Both the position numbers and the translations under genes were made by a program. This document shows, in pieces, positions 35,074 through 44,384 of a stretch of 64,000 nt of DNA (the stretch's first letter is position 1; each line of letters opens with the position of its first letter). The notes under the pieces are model-generated. The model ran no database searches. It had not been told where the DNA came from and saw only the letters and a list, made by a program, of their open reading frames with translations. The DNA is from an uncultured bacterium (GTDB lineage: Bacteria > Cyanobacteriota > Vampirovibrionia > Gastranaerophilales > Gastranaerophilaceae): positions 38,613 to 102,612 of the forward strand of contig CABQAQ010000008.1 in NCBI GenBank assembly GCA_902462155.1. The letters are read 5' to 3'.

Positions 35074-36726
35074 ATGAGGTTTAATATGATTGATATTCTT
35101 GTAAATTTACTTATTATTTTTTTCACATATATATTAATATTTTCAATTTATTATGCGGTTACGGTAGTTGCTTCTAGAAATATTACAAGATTTGTTCGTA
35201 GATTTAAGTTCGCTTCTTGTGTACCTAACAATATTGCTGTCGTTGTATATGTAGATAATCAGAATACGAATATTTCTTCATTACTTGAAATGTTAAATAA
35301 ACAAGAGTATCAAAAAGAAAATTACCAAATTCATATAATCTTAGACGGGTGTAATGATGAACTAGGTAATATGTTGGAATTTATAGGTGGAGCTAAAGTC
35401 TATAGATTAGGAGATGAAAATTTTCCTCTTGGAAAAAATGAAGCTATAAATTTTGTCATTGAAAGATTATTAATCGATAGATTAAATATTAACGCTTTTG
35501 TTTTCTTAAATCCAAATTATAAAGTGTCAGAAAAATTTTTATCTTCTGTGAATGTAGGTTTGTTAAATAATGATATTATTACCGGTATGACTCAAATTGA
35601 TTATGCTCATAAAGATAAATTATCTTTTATTGAGAAAATTAATATTGTTTATAAAAATTATCAAAATAGAATATTAAATTTTGGTCGTTCAGTTTTAGGA
35701 TTAATTTCTCCTATAGATAGCAATATATGTGTTATGAAAAAAGAAGTTTTTGAAAAAATCGGATATGTTGATTTTGAAACTTCTTATAATGAGCTTAATT
35801 ATACTCTTTCTTTAACAAAAGAAAAATTATATTGTGTTTTTAATCCTTGTATTATGGCTTTAGTAAATATTGAAAATTATAATGAAAAAAATGTTTCTTT
35901 ACTTTTTAGATTTGAATTATTTATAAAATTCTTCAAATCTATCTTTAATTCAAATCATAAATTTGTAGAATTCCAAATGTCTTTATTGCATCCGAATTTT
36001 ATATCACTAATATTAATGTATGTATCTGTATTTATTTTTTCTTATGTATATTATTTCTTTTATGATTTTAAAATAGTTGTATATGTTGGATTATTTTTAG
36101 CATTGACATTTTTTGTATCTTTAATTATTGCAAAGTTTAGTTTAAGAGAGGTTTATTTATTATCTTTTAAACCATTTATTCCTTTCATTAAGTTGTTTTC
36201 TTCTATTTTTAAATTTGAAAAAATAATAAAACTCAATAAAAAAACACAGTCATCGGTTATTAATCGTGAAAAAATTACTGTGGATGTAATAGTAACAGAT
36301 GGTCGTAATAATTTAGAATGCTCTTTAGATTTAATCCAAGAGGATGGAATGTCTAAAGTTGTATTTAGATTTAAAAATAAAAAGTATACATCAAGCACTT
36401 TTTTAAGAATGTACGATGCTGTAAAAGATATAACAGATAAGTTAGAAGATCACGGATTCAAATTAAAAATATGTCAAAATTGTATCCATTTTAAACCGGA
36501 AATTGATGGATCTATAAATATGGTAAAAGGATTCTGTACTCGTAAAGTTAATGATTCGGAAGAACAATCTTTTAATGAGCCTTTAGCATTAGATGATAAT
36601 AACAATAATCAATTATTAAATAATAAAAAAGTATTATGGTTTTGTTGTAAATACTTTGTTCCAAATGATGTTAATAAATTAATTGATTTAAATGAGTTTA
36701 AAAATCAAAAGAATCTTAACGATTAA
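35074..36726 (+). CDS. polytopic GT2-family glycosyltransferase-like protein with a Cys-rich C-terminal domain
   Basis: 550 aa. N-terminal TM helix. GT-A-like segments VVVYVDNQN...ILDGCNDE, GKNEAINF and GLISPIDSNICVMKKEVFEKIG. The expected DxD position reads FLNPNY. Further TM helices are followed by a soluble tail with CQNCIHF...C...WFCCKYF. Confidence 0.5.
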   Translation: MRFNMIDILVNLLIIFFTYILIFSIYYAVTVVASRNITRFVRRFKFASCVPNNIAVVVYVDNQNTNISSLLEMLNKQEYQKENYQIHIILDGCNDELGNMLEFIGGAKVYRLGDENFPLGKNEAINFVIERLLIDRLNINAFVFLNPNYKVSEKFLSSVNVGLLNNDIITGMTQIDYAHKDKLSFIEKINIVYKNYQNRILNFGRSVLGLISPIDSNICVMKKEVFEKIGYVDFETSYNELNYTLSLTKEKLYCVFNPCIMALVNIENYNEKNVSLLFRFELFIKFFKSIFNSNHKFVEFQMSLLHPNFISLILMYVSVFIFSYVYYFFYDFKIVVYVGLFLALTFFVSLIIAKFSLREVYLLSFKPFIPFIKLFSSIFKFEKIIKLNKKTQSSVINREKITVDVIVTDGRNNLECSLDLIQEDGMSKVVFRFKNKKYTSSTFLRMYDAVKDITDKLEDHGFKLKICQNCIHFKPEIDGSINMVKGFCTRKVNDSEEQSFNEPLALDDNNNNQLLNNKKVLWFCCKYFVPNDVNKLIDLNEFKNQKNLND

Positions 36727-36808
36727 TACAAATGTTTTATTTATTATCTATCTATAAATTAAAATATAGTTTTTTATAAATACGTTAAATATGTTTAATC
36801 AATTATAT

Positions 36809-37381
36809 TTATAAAAAATGTTTAATAATTCCTATCAAGATAGCAATAGATAAAAAGATTAAAGGATTTTTCTTTAAAGCTAATGATAAAAATGTAAAAA
36901 ATATGATAAGAATTAAAGCAAAAAGATTTATATTTTGTAGGGAAAGTAAATTTTTAAAACCTAGTTCAGTATTAATAAATATATGAGTATAAATAATTTT
37001 TAATCCGACAGCTAAAATCATAGCAGAACCTGCAGGTTTTATACCATATAGAATTGATTTAACATAAAAGTTATCACAAAATTTTTTTTTGAATTCATAT
37101 ATGAATATTACAGTTAAAAAAGCAGGTAAAACTATAGCAGATGTAGCTATAACAGAGCCTATAAATCCTGTTGTAGTAAACCCTGCAAATGTTGCCATAT
37201 TTATTCCTATAGGACCCGGGGTTACAGAAGATATACTTAGCATCATATTTAAATCACTATGACTATACCAATGATATTTATCCGAAATAAAATATAAAAA
37301 TGGTAAAGTTGCATATCCTCCACCTACTGAAAATAATCCTATTTTAAAAAATTCATAAAATAATAGTAAATAGGTACTCAT
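36809..37381 (-). CDS. chrA: chromate-ion-transporter (CHR) family protein, half-size
   Basis: 190 aa. GGGYATLPFL motif. Paired and overlapping with a second half-size CHR gene. Confidence 0.8.
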   Translation of the reverse strand: MSTYLLLFYEFFKIGLFSVGGGYATLPFLYFISDKYHWYSHSDLNMMLSISSVTPGPIGINMATFAGFTTTGFIGSVIATSAIVLPAFLTVIFIYEFKKKFCDNFYVKSILYGIKPAGSAMILAVGLKIIYTHIFINTELGFKNLLSLQNINLFALILIIFFTFLSLALKKNPLIFLSIAILIGIIKHFL

Positions 37382-37926
37382 TTTTTCTTCCTTGAATCTT
37401 TTAGATAATTTATTATAATACCTAGAATTGCTGAAATAATTATAATATTTATTGGTGAAGTTTTAAAGAATAATAAGCTAACTAATGCGTATAAAAAAAT
37501 TATATAGCTTGATTTATCGATAAGAGCGGCTTTGAATATTTCATTGAATGTCATAAATATTAAAAAAGCAACACTGATTGAAATTGCAAAGAAAATATCA
37601 TTTAATGATGAGATTTTATAAATAAACTTGTTTATAAATGTTGCAATTAATAAAATGGAAATAAAAGCAGGTAAAATAATACCAAAAGTTGCCGATAATG
37701 CCCCTATAAATCCTTTAATTTTATATCCTACAAATATAGTCGTATTTATTACGATAATTCCAGGTAAACATTGACTTAAAGAATAAAATTCCAGTAACTG
37801 ATCAAAAGATAATAATTTTCTTTTTTCTACAAGTTCTAATTGCAATATAGGTAGTACAACATATCCTCCACCTAATAAAACTGTTCCTATTTTAAAAAAT
37901 AATATAAAAATATTAAGTGTATTCAT
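37378..37926 (-). CDS. chrA: chromate-ion-transporter (CHR) family protein, half-size
   Basis: 182 aa. GGGYVVLPIL motif. Confidence 0.8.
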   Translation of the reverse strand: MNTLNIFILFFKIGTVLLGGGYVVLPILQLELVEKRKLLSFDQLLEFYSLSQCLPGIIVINTTIFVGYKIKGFIGALSATFGIILPAFISILLIATFINKFIYKISSLNDIFFAISISVAFLIFMTFNEIFKAALIDKSSYIIFLYALVSLLFFKTSPINIIIISAILGIIINYLKDSRKKK

Positions 37927-37939
37927 AAAATTTTAAATT

Positions 37940-40558
37940 CTAAGTACCATTTGTATTTTCAGAAGATGATATTAAAGATAACTGTGAAGAATCAGAAGCT
38001 ACAGATTGTAATTTTGCACGATTTTTAGTAAGATCCTTAGAATAATCATTTTGCATTTTATACATAATTTTAAGAGCATTATTAATAACACTCTTAGGTA
38101 ATCCGGCCATCTTAGCAACATGAATTCCATAACTTTGACTTATAGATCCTGGTTTAACTTTTCGTAAAAAGATAATATTATTTTCTTCTTCTTTAATAAG
38201 CATTTTATAATTTTTAATCTGCGGGAAAATATTCGTCATAACATTAAGCTCGTGATAATGTGTAGCAAAAATAGTCCGAGCTTTAATTTTAGTTGCAATA
38301 TACTCAGAAACACTCCAAGCAATAGCAACACCATCGTAAGTACTTGTACCTCTACCTATCTCATCTAGAAGAATTAAACTGTGTTCAGTAGCAGAGTTAA
38401 GTATATAAGCAGTTTCAGCCATTTCAACCATAAAAGTCGATTGACCTAAAGATAGATCATCAACAGCACCTACTCTTGTGAAAATTTTATCAACAATACC
38501 TATAGTAGCTTTTTTAGCAGGAACAAATGATCCAATCTGTGCTAAAAGAGCAATTAAAACATTTTGCCTCATATAGGTAGATTTTCCGGCCATATTTGGA
38601 CCAGTCAATATTATGAAACTAGAAATATCTGATTCAATAGTATTATTTGTGTCATCTAAAAATAAATCATTTGGAATATATTCACCTAAAGGAAGCATTT
38701 TTTCAATTACCGGATGACGCCCTTCTTCTATTAAAAGCTTTTTATCACGGATAATCTCAGGACAAATATAGTTATTTTCTATTGCTACACTAGCAAGCGA
38801 GAGTAAAACATCAATTCTGGATAATTTAAAAGCTAAAGATTTTATATCATCAGCAAAATCTTTTGCATACTCTCTTAAATCGCAAAATATTTTATATTCT
38901 AAATCATATATTTTACTCTGGGCTTGTATAACATCAGATTCGTGTCTTTTTAATTCTTCTGTAACAAATCTTTCACAAGAGGCAAGAGTCTGTTTCCTAA
39001 TATAATTACTAGGTACTTGTTTTATAAAAGAATTAGATACTTCAATAAAAAATCCAAAATTACGACTTTGACCTACTTTTAATGTCCGGATATTTGTCAG
39101 TAACTTCTGTTGCTCCTCATAATCTTCAAGCCATTTATTACCATTTGTAATAAGATCTCTATAATGATCTAATTCCGGTTTTACGTTGTCTTTTATAATA
39201 TTTCCTTCTTTTATGGAAATAGAAGCATTTTCTTTAATAGTATTATCAAGTATTTTTGCAAATTGAATCAAATCAGAATCTTGAAATATACAATTAAGAT
39301 AAGGTGATTGAAATTTATTCAGTATCTCTTGATAATCAGGTAATAAAGATAAAGTATTCTTTAATGCTATAAAATCTCTCGGAGTAGCTGTAGTATTTGA
39401 TACTTTCATTGATAAACGTTCTATATCGCTAGATCTTTTTAGTAAATCGGATAAAAGTATTCTTGATTGGTTATCTTGAATCAGTTCAGAGATAGCATTT
39501 TGTCTTCTATGTATTTTTTCAATATTAAGTAAAGGTTGAGATATCCATTTTTTTAGTAATCTTGCTCCCATATTTGTAAAAGTTTTATCAATGGCCCATA
39601 GTAAAGATCCTTGTTTGTTTTTATCTTTAATAGTTTCTAAAAGTTCAAGATTACGTCTACTGTTAAAATCAATAAGAACATAATCATTTAAAGAGTAGCT
39701 AGATATAATATTAAACTTAGGTAGATTTGCTCTTTGAGTTTTAATAAGATAATAAATAATAGCTCCCGCTGCTAAAAATCCGAGTTTACAAGACGAAATA
39801 TCCTCATTTGATATAGTTATATTTTTAAACATACCGGATAAATTATTTTTTAAATTATCAATATCAAAAGCAGAAGCAGGGACATTTGATATATTATAAT
39901 TTTGCACAATCAAATCAGGTAAATCAGCAATAGAATCAGGTACAATCTGAAAAGCCTTAATTTTTTGAACAATGGCCGGAGCTAAAACTTCGGCAGGACT
40001 TATCCGTGCAAGTTCTGCTATAATTTGACTTAAAGGAGCTTGAGTTACCTTAAATTCACCTGTAGTTATATCCGTATAAGCAAGACCAAATAATTCATCT
40101 TTTTTATTTTTATTTCCAATAACCGCAGCAAGATAGTTATTAGAGTTTGATACAAGCATACTATCATCGGTTAATGTACCTGCTGTTATAGTTTTAATAA
40201 TATCTCTTTTAATAAGTCCTTTAGCTTGTTTTGGATCTTCCAGTTGTTCACAAATAGCAACTTTGTGACCTTTTTCAAGTAACTTCGGAACATAAACATC
40301 AATAGCTTTAGCAGGTACTCCAGCCATGGGAATTCTACCTATCGGACCTGATTCTCTACTTGTTAAAGCTATTTCCAAATCTTTTGAAATAACAATAGCA
40401 TCTTCAAAGAAAGTTTCGTAGAAATCTCCCATTCGATATAAAATTATCGCATCATAATTCTTTCGCTTAATTTCTAAAAATTGCTGCATTGCAGGAGATA
40501 AATCATTTATATCTACTTCTTGTGAATTTATACTATTTATCTGTTGTTGTTTATTCAT
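37940..40558 (-). CDS. mutS: DNA mismatch repair protein MutS
   Basis: 872 aa. TPAMQQF-type N-terminus, Walker A motif GPNMAGKSTYMRQ, and DEIGRGTSTYDG. Confidence 0.95.
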   Translation of the reverse strand: MNKQQQINSINSQEVDINDLSPAMQQFLEIKRKNYDAIILYRMGDFYETFFEDAIVISKDLEIALTSRESGPIGRIPMAGVPAKAIDVYVPKLLEKGHKVAICEQLEDPKQAKGLIKRDIIKTITAGTLTDDSMLVSNSNNYLAAVIGNKNKKDELFGLAYTDITTGEFKVTQAPLSQIIAELARISPAEVLAPAIVQKIKAFQIVPDSIADLPDLIVQNYNISNVPASAFDIDNLKNNLSGMFKNITISNEDISSCKLGFLAAGAIIYYLIKTQRANLPKFNIISSYSLNDYVLIDFNSRRNLELLETIKDKNKQGSLLWAIDKTFTNMGARLLKKWISQPLLNIEKIHRRQNAISELIQDNQSRILLSDLLKRSSDIERLSMKVSNTTATPRDFIALKNTLSLLPDYQEILNKFQSPYLNCIFQDSDLIQFAKILDNTIKENASISIKEGNIIKDNVKPELDHYRDLITNGNKWLEDYEEQQKLLTNIRTLKVGQSRNFGFFIEVSNSFIKQVPSNYIRKQTLASCERFVTEELKRHESDVIQAQSKIYDLEYKIFCDLREYAKDFADDIKSLAFKLSRIDVLLSLASVAIENNYICPEIIRDKKLLIEEGRHPVIEKMLPLGEYIPNDLFLDDTNNTIESDISSFIILTGPNMAGKSTYMRQNVLIALLAQIGSFVPAKKATIGIVDKIFTRVGAVDDLSLGQSTFMVEMAETAYILNSATEHSLILLDEIGRGTSTYDGVAIAWSVSEYIATKIKARTIFATHYHELNVMTNIFPQIKNYKMLIKEEENNIIFLRKVKPGSISQSYGIHVAKMAGLPKSVINNALKIMYKMQNDYSKDLTKNRAKLQSVASDSSQLSLISSSENTNGT

Positions 40559-40645
40559 CTTTATAGTATTAAAATATAAATATAACCAAATTTCAATATT
40601 TATTAACTGGTAAAATTTTATCTAACAAAAGGAGCAGCTTTATTT

Positions 40646-41263
40646 ATGGGGTGTCTGAAATTTATTATTAAAGTAATTATATTAGCTTTTGCTTTTATTG
40701 GAATAGGTACTATTGTTGGAGGAAAAATATTTCAATTTAATGTTCAAGATTTAACTAAAAATAAAAATCAGGTAGAAGTTAATAAACAAAATTCTTATAA
40801 GGCTACAAAATTATTTGATCTATCTAAACTTAGTGATGAGTATATATTAAAAGGAGATTATCAACTCTTCAATTACAATTTGCTTTTAGTTACTCATAAA
40901 GGATCTAAGCAAAAATTTATTTTATTGTCATCAAATAAAGATAAAATATGGTCAAATAATGATTTTAATACTAATGAAAGTCAAAGAAGTATTGAAAAGT
41001 TTTTTGATAAAACATCAAATCTATTTGTTAGATTAGAAAATTTTAATATAACTAAAAGAGGAAAAATAAATATTTTTAATCAAAATGTTAATTATTGGAA
41101 ATTTAAAGCAGATTCTTATCATTTGCCATTTAAAAATATTGTAGGATTCATTGCTCCTTTTAAATATTCAGAGGATAAAAATTCTTTATTTATCTCTTAT
41201 AATCAAGATGATACATATTCGCAGATAATTACTGAGGCATTTTTAAAACAATTAAAGAAATAA
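40646..41263 (+). CDS. membrane-anchored hypothetical protein
   Basis: 205 aa. One N-terminal TM helix (FIIKVIILAFAFIGIGTIVGG). No motif recognised. Confidence 0.5.
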   Translation: MGCLKFIIKVIILAFAFIGIGTIVGGKIFQFNVQDLTKNKNQVEVNKQNSYKATKLFDLSKLSDEYILKGDYQLFNYNLLLVTHKGSKQKFILLSSNKDKIWSNNDFNTNESQRSIEKFFDKTSNLFVRLENFNITKRGKINIFNQNVNYWKFKADSYHLPFKNIVGFIAPFKYSEDKNSLFISYNQDDTYSQIITEAFLKQLKK

Positions 41264-41343
41264 GAATATATATATATTGAAACTTAGAAATAAAACACAT
41301 ATAATTGTAAGATATAAAACATATTTTGTATCAGGTATATAAA

Positions 41344-42435
41344 ATGTTAGATTATAAAAAAAAATATATGCTTAAGTGTATAAGGTTAGCTAAAAAAGCC
41401 CAAGGCAAGGTATCACCTAATCCTTTAGTTGGTGCTTTAGTTTTAGATAAGGAAGGTAACATTGTAGGTCAAGGCTATCATAAACAATATGGAGCACCTC
41501 ACGCAGAAGTTATGGCTTTAAATATGGCTGGTGAAAAAGCTTTTGGAGGTACTTTATTTGTTAATTTAGAACCTTGCTCGCATTATGGTAAAACTCCTCC
41601 TTGTACAGATTTAATTATTAAATATAAAATAAAAAAAGTTATTATTGGGATGATTGATCCAAATCCTTTAGTATCAGGTAAGGGTGTTAGAATTTTACAA
41701 GATTCTGGGATTGATGTCGAGATAGGTATTTTAGAAGAAAGATGTAAACTCTTAAATGAAATTTTTATTAAAAATATGGAAAAAAATAAATTATTTGTAT
41801 CCATAAAAACAGCAACTACCTTAGATGGGAAAATAGCTACTTCTAATAATAAATCAAAATGGATTACTTCTATTAAATCTCGTCGATACGTTCAATTATT
41901 ACGGAATAAGTATGATGCTCTTGTTACAAGCTCAAATACGGTTATTAATGATAATCCTAAAATGAATTGTAGGTTAAAAAATTCTAAAAATCCAATAAGA
42001 GTTATTCTAGACTCTCATTTAAATACTGATCCTAAATCTTATATTTATAATAATGACGGAACAAAAATATATATATTCACGTTACTTGATCATAATTCTG
42101 ATAAATTCAGTATTTATCCTGAGTATGTAAATATTATAACTTCTGACTCAAAAGATAATAAAATAAGTTTAAATTTTGTTTGTGATTATCTTTACAAAGA
42201 AGGAGTAAGAAGTATCTTAATAGAGGCTGGTGGAATATTAAATGGAGCATTTATAAAAGAAAATTTATGTGATAAATTATATCATTTTATAGGACCTAAA
42301 ATTATGAATGATCAGAATGCTAAGAGTTGGGCTGTAGGTTGCAATATTTTTGATATGAATTCTGTAAAAACGCTAGTTATTAAAAATACAAAGTTTTTAA
42401 AACCGGATTTATTTGTAGAAGCTTATTTTGTATAA
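41344..42435 (+). CDS. ribD: bifunctional riboflavin biosynthesis deaminase/reductase RibD
   Basis: Deaminase zinc motifs HAEVMAL and PCSHYGKTPPC, plus a C-terminal reductase domain. The track ORF starts at a TTG at 41326. I prefer the in-frame ATG at 41344. Confidence 0.9.
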   Translation: MLDYKKKYMLKCIRLAKKAQGKVSPNPLVGALVLDKEGNIVGQGYHKQYGAPHAEVMALNMAGEKAFGGTLFVNLEPCSHYGKTPPCTDLIIKYKIKKVIIGMIDPNPLVSGKGVRILQDSGIDVEIGILEERCKLLNEIFIKNMEKNKLFVSIKTATTLDGKIATSNNKSKWITSIKSRRYVQLLRNKYDALVTSSNTVINDNPKMNCRLKNSKNPIRVILDSHLNTDPKSYIYNNDGTKIYIFTLLDHNSDKFSIYPEYVNIITSDSKDNKISLNFVCDYLYKEGVRSILIEAGGILNGAFIKENLCDKLYHFIGPKIMNDQNAKSWAVGCNIFDMNSVKTLVIKNTKFLKPDLFVEAYFV

Positions 42436-42437
42436 CT

Positions 42438-42479
42438 AAAAAAGCGCAGATGAATATATATATTCATCTGCGCTTTTTT
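42438..42479. terminator. bidirectional terminator between convergent genes
   Basis: aaaaaagcgcagatgaatata / tatattcatctgcgcttttttt, a stem of about 14 bp with a GC-rich base, flanked by A6 and T6. Confidence 0.8.
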
Positions 42480-42500
42480 AGTGCCTATTTTTTATATCGT

Positions 42501-43988
42501 TTAAACTTTCTTATTTTGATTTTGTGCCTTTTGCATTAATTCTAATTGATTTATTTGCTTTAAAGATAGGTCTGCTAATTGTTTTACTGATTTATTACTA
42601 TCTTTTTGAGAAACAAGGTTTAGTACGTTTTTTATTTCGTTATTAAATTCCGGTCTACTAATAGCAAATAAAGCCTCTATAGCTGTAGCCCTTAATACTG
42701 GGTTAGGATTTTTTTCAGCTATATCTATAATGTTGTCTATAGCTGGTAGGTCTTTAAATTCTAGTTCTAATTTTTCAGATGATTTTTTATTTACTCTATC
42801 AACTTCTTGACAGAATACGTCTTGTAATGTTGCTATAGTATATATAGAAAATTGTTTATTTTTTTCTGCCATTTCAAATGGAGTAACTGTTTTTGCGAAC
42901 TTTTCTTGTTCCGGAGATAATTTTTTACCGGATTTTAATTGTTCTCTAAGATCTATTTGTTCAGGTGTTGGAGCTTGAAGCTTAGAGGTATCTTTGTTGA
43001 TAATTCCTGTAAGACTATCTATTACAGGTTTTGTTAAAAATTGAGAGGCGATAATAGGTTGTTCTTCGCTTAAAAATGCTATTGTTGCTATAGTAACAGC
43101 TTGAGCTTCTAAGTCATTTGATTTTAACGCTTTTGTTACATTTTCTATATTAATTACAGGTATATCATTTGATTTATCTGTTTTTTTTACTTGTACATTT
43201 TCAGTTGATTTTATATTTTTTGTAGCGCCAATATTTTTTACATTATTGCTTATTGAAGGATTTGTTTCAACCATTTGACCGAATGCTATTTGTCTTTGTA
43301 CTGGGCTTATTGCATTTACAGGATTATTCTCTTTAAATAAATCACCTAAATTTATATCTTTATTTAATTGTGTATCTGCTAAGTTTCCATTTACGTTTGT
43401 CACAGGTTGTTCGTAAGCATAATTATCATTTGCAACAATCGAGTCCGGATTAATTTCATTTTGTATATCATCTGTAATCTCAACTTTTTCAGGTGATTGA
43501 CTTTCAGGTTCTATTACCGGTGATTCATTAACTGTTAATGTTTGATTAACTATAGCTGCTTGTTGAGGTAATGATTCAGCTGATACTAATGCCGGTACAT
43601 CTTCTTTTGGTGTAATAGCCAACTGATCATAACCAGGAGTATTTACCGGTACTTCTATCTGTGGAGTTACAATATAATTTGAAGTCGGTATTACTGCCTT
43701 TGATTTGTCTTCTTCGGAAGGTTCTTCTTCTTTTGCTTTATTACTTTCAGTACTTAGATTTCCATATAAATTTGTTCTTGGGTAATCATAATAATAAGAA
43801 GGAGAATCTGTAGTAGTAGGAGCAGTATCATAAGAATTATTTTTATTTCCACTTTCTGTAACCGGGTCATAAATATCAATTTTTACAGCATTATATTGAT
43901 TCACAGCTACGGGTGTATTTTCTTCTTGTGACTTTCTTCTATAATAAGGATCTATAAAATTATTTCTATTTATTCCTTCTGCTACCAT
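42501..43988 (-). CDS. hypothetical protein: QYNAVKIDIY module, Pro/Thr/Glu-rich linker, C-terminal HEAT-like repeats
   Basis: 495 aa with a strong ribosome-binding site (GAAGGAGGA). The C-terminal NPNPVLRATAIEALFAI resembles PBS-lyase-type HEAT repeats. The N-terminus is paralogous to the upstream 76-aa gene. Confidence 0.6.
   Translation of the reverse strand: MVAEGINRNNFIDPYYRRKSQEENTPVAVNQYNAVKIDIYDPVTESGNKNNSYDTAPTTTDSPSYYYDYPRTNLYGNLSTESNKAKEEEPSEEDKSKAVIPTSNYIVTPQIEVPVNTPGYDQLAITPKEDVPALVSAESLPQQAAIVNQTLTVNESPVIEPESQSPEKVEITDDIQNEINPDSIVANDNYAYEQPVTNVNGNLADTQLNKDINLGDLFKENNPVNAISPVQRQIAFGQMVETNPSISNNVKNIGATKNIKSTENVQVKKTDKSNDIPVINIENVTKALKSNDLEAQAVTIATIAFLSEEQPIIASQFLTKPVIDSLTGIINKDTSKLQAPTPEQIDLREQLKSGKKLSPEQEKFAKTVTPFEMAEKNKQFSIYTIATLQDVFCQEVDRVNKKSSEKLELEFKDLPAIDNIIDIAEKNPNPVLRATAIEALFAISRPEFNNEIKNVLNLVSQKDSNKSVKQLADLSLKQINQLELMQKAQNQNKKV
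43869..43902. repeat. 34-nt perfect direct repeat, copy 1
   Basis: ataaatatcaatttttacagcattatattgattc is identical to 44159-44192. On the minus strand it encodes (N)QYNAVKIDIY. Confidence 0.95.
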
Positions 43989-44035
43989 TTATTCCTCCTT
44001 CTTGGAATCTTTTTATTTATGTTAATATTTTGTTC

Positions 44036-44266
44036 CTAGTTTTCTAACAATTTTGTTTCTGGTTTTTCTGTGTTATCTATATTATATAAACTTGTTTCAG
44101 GATAATTATACACCATAGGCTCCGGTTGATTATTCTTTGGTGTTTTTACTTCCGGATTATAAATATCAATTTTTACAGCATTATATTGATTCTTTTCTAT
44201 ACAAGGTGGACACGCTCTTTGTACGGGACAATTATTTCTTATTGTTTGATTTGTTCCTATACTCAT
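44036..44266 (-). CDS. hypothetical 76-aa protein with the QYNAVKIDIY module and a CPVQRACPPC motif
   Basis: Ribosome-binding site AGGGAGAAAG upstream. Shares NQYNAVKIDIY(N/D)P and Y(N/D)YP(E/R)T.LY motifs with the 495-aa neighbour. Confidence 0.55.
   Translation of the reverse strand: MSIGTNQTIRNNCPVQRACPPCIEKNQYNAVKIDIYNPEVKTPKNNQPEPMVYNYPETSLYNIDNTEKPETKLLEN
44159..44192. repeat. 34-nt perfect direct repeat, copy 2
   Basis: Identical to 43869-43902. Confidence 0.95.
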
Positions 44267-44384
44267 TTCTTTCTCCCTATTTTCTGTTTACTATTTTTTA
44301 TACTTTCTTTAATATAGCTGAAAAATTTTTTTTGCTATTTTTTTTTATTTTTGTTACATTTCTTTACGATCTTTCCCTGTTCTA

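Noticed and set aside
36270-36400. PilZ-like c-di-GMP-binding domain in the tail of the GT2-like protein.
   Set aside because: The diagnostic RxxxR and (D/N)xSxxG motifs are not cleanly present (NREKI and LIQEDG). It is kept only as a weak remark, not as a feature.
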